A model generated the notes under the pieces. That model saw nothing but the letters and a program-made list of their open reading frames with translations, searched no databases and was not told the origin of the DNA. This document shows, piece after piece, positions 30,013 to 32,000 of a stretch of DNA of 32,000 nucleotides (positions within the stretch are counted from its first letter, which is position 1; each line of letters begins with the position of its first letter). The DNA lies in the NCBI RefSeq assembly GCF_001659725.1, contig NZ_CP015922.1:1978163-2010162 (forward strand), read 5' to 3'. The stretch comes from Polynucleobacter wuianus. Lineage in GTDB: Bacteria > Pseudomonadota > Gammaproteobacteria > Burkholderiales > Burkholderiaceae. A program made the translations under genes and the position numbers.

Positions 30013-31005
30013 TTAAACGGCTGTTAAATTTTTATACTTAATTTGACTACCAGTAATCTCCACAATATCGCCAATTTGAGCAGTAAAACCCTGCGATTTA
30101 ATTTTTTCAGCAATTGCACTCACCATGCCAATATTTGGAGATATTTTGATTAGGTGATAAAGCTGAAGACCTATGGTCGTCAATAAGCAGACTGGCTGAA
30201 TTTTTAGAACTCTTTTAGGGTCTGGATTTGTAACTAATATTAATCTTTCATTTGAAACAATTGCCAAAGTGAAGGCATCTTTTGAGCTGCTTTTCCAGTT
30301 CTTTTCTAAACCAAAAGAATCAACACCAGACAGCAACCCTAATTCCTGCAAGTTGAGCAACTTATCAAAAGTAATATTGTTTGCACTGAGTATTTGCTCG
30401 TCACCTTTATAAATAAACCCCTCAAATACAAATGCCATTAGCGACTCAATTAAAGAAGCTTCGTCTTTACTAAGGTGCTTTAAAAAATCAAGAGTTCTTA
30501 AGGAATAGGTGCCGGGACCTTTTGACTCACCAGCCAAGACCTTTCCCCATAAGCTAGTTAGCTCTTCCGAGGAAACGGAAGACGCCCCCTCCCTCCACCT
30601 TAGGAGCCAATCACCATCAATTGATTTTTCCGATGGCTCTTGAGCATCCTGCAACAATTCTTGCTCAGCATAGCTAATTGCTTTATTTACACTGACTTCT
30701 TTTCTTATTTCTTCAGCTTTTATTGTCTGAATTGACTTGTTGCTGATAAAGCCGATGGTTAATTGATTGTCAGATCTACTTTCAACATCAACGATTTCAC
30801 CGCTTGGCAACAGAGCCTTCTCACCCCTTTTGATCGCAAGTGCATCTAACTCAACCTGAGCCATCTGAAGCATTTCCGCCTTTCGGACATCAATCATTGC
30901 CTGCCCTTCTCTTCTGATCTGCCAGGGCTTCAATAGAGAGCCAACACCCTTGTCGATCAGGCTATCCCATAACTTGATGACCAATTGCTCTCCAAGTAGC
31001 GCCAT
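30013..31005 (-). CDS. Hypothetical protein, DUF2806-like (330 aa; family assignment from memory)
   Basis: The N-terminal ..GSLLKPWQIRREGQAMIDVRKAEM.. resembles the DUF2806 signature as I recall it. It is a single gene between palindromes P4 and P5. Confidence 0.6.
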   Translation of the reverse strand: MALLGEQLVIKLWDSLIDKGVGSLLKPWQIRREGQAMIDVRKAEMLQMAQVELDALAIKRGEKALLPSGEIVDVESRSDNQLTIGFISNKSIQTIKAEEIRKEVSVNKAISYAEQELLQDAQEPSEKSIDGDWLLRWREGASSVSSEELTSLWGKVLAGESKGPGTYSLRTLDFLKHLSKDEASLIESLMAFVFEGFIYKGDEQILSANNITFDKLLNLQELGLLSGVDSFGLEKNWKSSSKDAFTLAIVSNERLILVTNPDPKRVLKIQPVCLLTTIGLQLYHLIKISPNIGMVSAIAEKIKSQGFTAQIGDIVEITGSQIKYKNLTAV

Positions 31006-31089
31006 ACACCCCTCATATCAGTCCTATCTAATTGATTCAGTTTATAGCTTAGTCCTCGATTTAAATAGAGATGGGGAATTTGGATTTTT

Positions 31090-31110
31090 GATGTCGTTTT
31101 GAACGACATC
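31090..31110. repeat. Palindrome P5 (GATGTCGTT-TTG-AACGACATC)
   Basis: Same family as P1-P4, with 9-bp arms. Confidence 0.65.
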
Positions 31111-31287
31111 TTCCATCCACCACCCTCCGATAGAAGCCATATGCTAGAAGGGTTTTTGCCAGCGGAGCCTTATTCTTCGGCACTTTGCGGGTGGTGTGTC
31201 ACACGGTGTGTGCTACGGTGAAAACCTTGGTTTTCTAAGTGCTTGATTTTATTGGGAAAAGGGTTGAAAACCTCAGAACCTTGTGCT

Positions 31288-31326
31288 TTATGATTCCGTC
31301 GCTCTAACCAGCTGAGCTAATTCGCC
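31288..31326 (-). pseudogene. 5' half of a tRNA(CAU) gene, copy 2
   Basis: Identical to 8233-8271. The 48-bp repeat here is 31282-31329. No T-arm or 3' acceptor lies downstream. Confidence 0.75.
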
Positions 31327-31394
31327 GAAGGTGTGATTGTAGCAAATCCGCCCCATTCTGTAACGGCTCAGCCTAGAAACCGTAATATAGATAC

Positions 31395-31715
31395 ATGAAG
31401 ATTCAACTCCTAAAAGTACTCATTTGGGCAATTTTGGGCACTTATTTGCCCCATAATGCACTTGCAGCACAAATCTTTATTACTAACTACCCGTCTGAAG
31501 CCAACGCCAAGGTCTTTGTTACCAAGTACCAATCCGAGGCGAATTGCATTGTTTATGAAACCCAATATTCCAGCGATAACGAGCCAGGCGTTTGGTTTTA
31601 TACAAAATACAAAAGTGATGCTCGAGCAACGATTTACTACACCCAATATAAATCCGATGCTGATCTTGTGCTGTATTTCACGAAATACAAAAGTGATGCT
31701 CGTTGTCGCTACTGA
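31395..31715 (+). CDS. Secreted repeat protein (106 aa) with five T(K/Q)Y(K/Q/S)S(D/E)A-type repeats
   Basis: Signal peptide, then the repeats TNYPSEANAKVFV, TKYQSEANCIVYE, TQYSSDNEPGVWFY, TKYKSDARATIYY, TQYKSDADLVLYF and TKYKSDARCRY. An exact 20-nt DNA repeat, AAATACAAAAGTGATGCTCG, occurs twice. Confidence 0.65.
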   Translation: MKIQLLKVLIWAILGTYLPHNALAAQIFITNYPSEANAKVFVTKYQSEANCIVYETQYSSDNEPGVWFYTKYKSDARATIYYTQYKSDADLVLYFTKYKSDARCRY

Positions 31716-31729
31716 TTAGCAATTAACTC

Positions 31730-32000
31730 ATGAAACTTATTTCTATTTCCTCGGGAAAGGTTCTGCCTTTATTTGGAAACCACCACCCCAATTACAAGTC
31801 TGTGGTTTCAGCAATTCACAAGAAGAGCATTAGTAATTTGCAAAATCCGATTGCTATTGAGATCAACACTCTTGGGGTAAAAGGGGATGAACAAGCCGAC
31901 CTAAGTGTGCATGGCGGTATCGAAAAAGCAATCTATGTTTATCCGTCAGAGCACTACGAGTTTTGGAATGCTTTATTAACTCGGGAAACAAAAAAACCTA
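31730..32000 (+). CDS. MOSC domain-containing protein (YiiM-like), 5' partial at the window edge
   Basis: GDEQADLSVHGGIEKAIYVYPSEHYEFW matches the MOSC N-terminal signature. The ORF runs off the window. Confidence 0.75.
   Translation, partial: MKLISISSGKVLPLFGNHHPNYKSVVSAIHKKSISNLQNPIAIEINTLGVKGDEQADLSVHGGIEKAIYVYPSEHYEFWNALLTRETKKP

Noticed and set aside
8392-31110. The idea that the five palindromes are integron attC sites and the blocks between them are integron cassettes.
   Set aside because: There is no IntI-type integrase and no GTTRRRY / RYYYAAC core pairs. The blocks are multi-gene, carry their own promoters and terminators, and run in both orientations.
1-32000. CRISPR arrays, rRNA genes, IS elements with terminal inverted repeats, and group II intron or retron signatures.
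   Set aside because: No regularly spaced direct repeats, no transposase or reverse-transcriptase ORFs, and no rRNA-like sequence were seen on manual reading.

Overview
The window is a mosaic accessory (genomic-island) region, probably from a proteobacterial chromosome. The only likely backbone is at the far right: a secreted repeat protein and a partial MOSC-domain gene.

Two identical 48-bp direct repeats (8227-8274 and 31282-31329) each carry only the 5' half of a minus-strand tRNA(CAU) gene. They bracket about 23 kb of island DNA. A further island runs left from the first repeat and starts with a P4-like tyrosine integrase (6819-8033).

Gene content, left to right:
- Cassette A (1187-4750)
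- A low-GC type II restriction-modification pair (4810-6818)
- Integrase 1
- A 2.7-kb mini-element flanked by 19-bp direct repeats, carrying integrase 2, a DnaQ-exonuclease/BRCT protein and a zinc-ribbon protein
- A block of small plasmid- or phage-like ORFs, one broken by an in-frame TAG
- Cassette B (13860-17706)
- A heavy-metal islet: CadA/ZntA-type P1B-ATPase, MerR-type regulator with a classic 19-bp-spacer promoter, ZraP-like protein, and an operon of MerP-like, MerT-like, CusF-like and outer-membrane genes
- A Fur-box-controlled cupredoxin and outer-membrane pair
- An autotransporter-like protein with a histidine kinase and LuxR-type response regulator
- A stand-alone DUF2806-like gene

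The most interesting signal is an uncharacterised four-gene cassette present twice as strongly diverged paralogs. It consists of a 188-aa catalytic-domain-only tyrosine recombinase, a clamp-loader-clade AAA+ ATPase and two conserved unknown proteins. The gene block is inverted relative to the recombinase in one copy compared with the other. In copy A this block is flanked exactly by 24-bp inverted repeats with lox-like geometry (GCGT-N11-ACGC). Two more copies of the site lie in the cassette's divergent promoter and inside the 5' end of the integrase gene.

Several families of short palindromic or junction repeats mark the boundaries between functional modules. This suggests serial site-specific accretion.

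No CRISPR array, rRNA gene or intact tRNA gene was seen.
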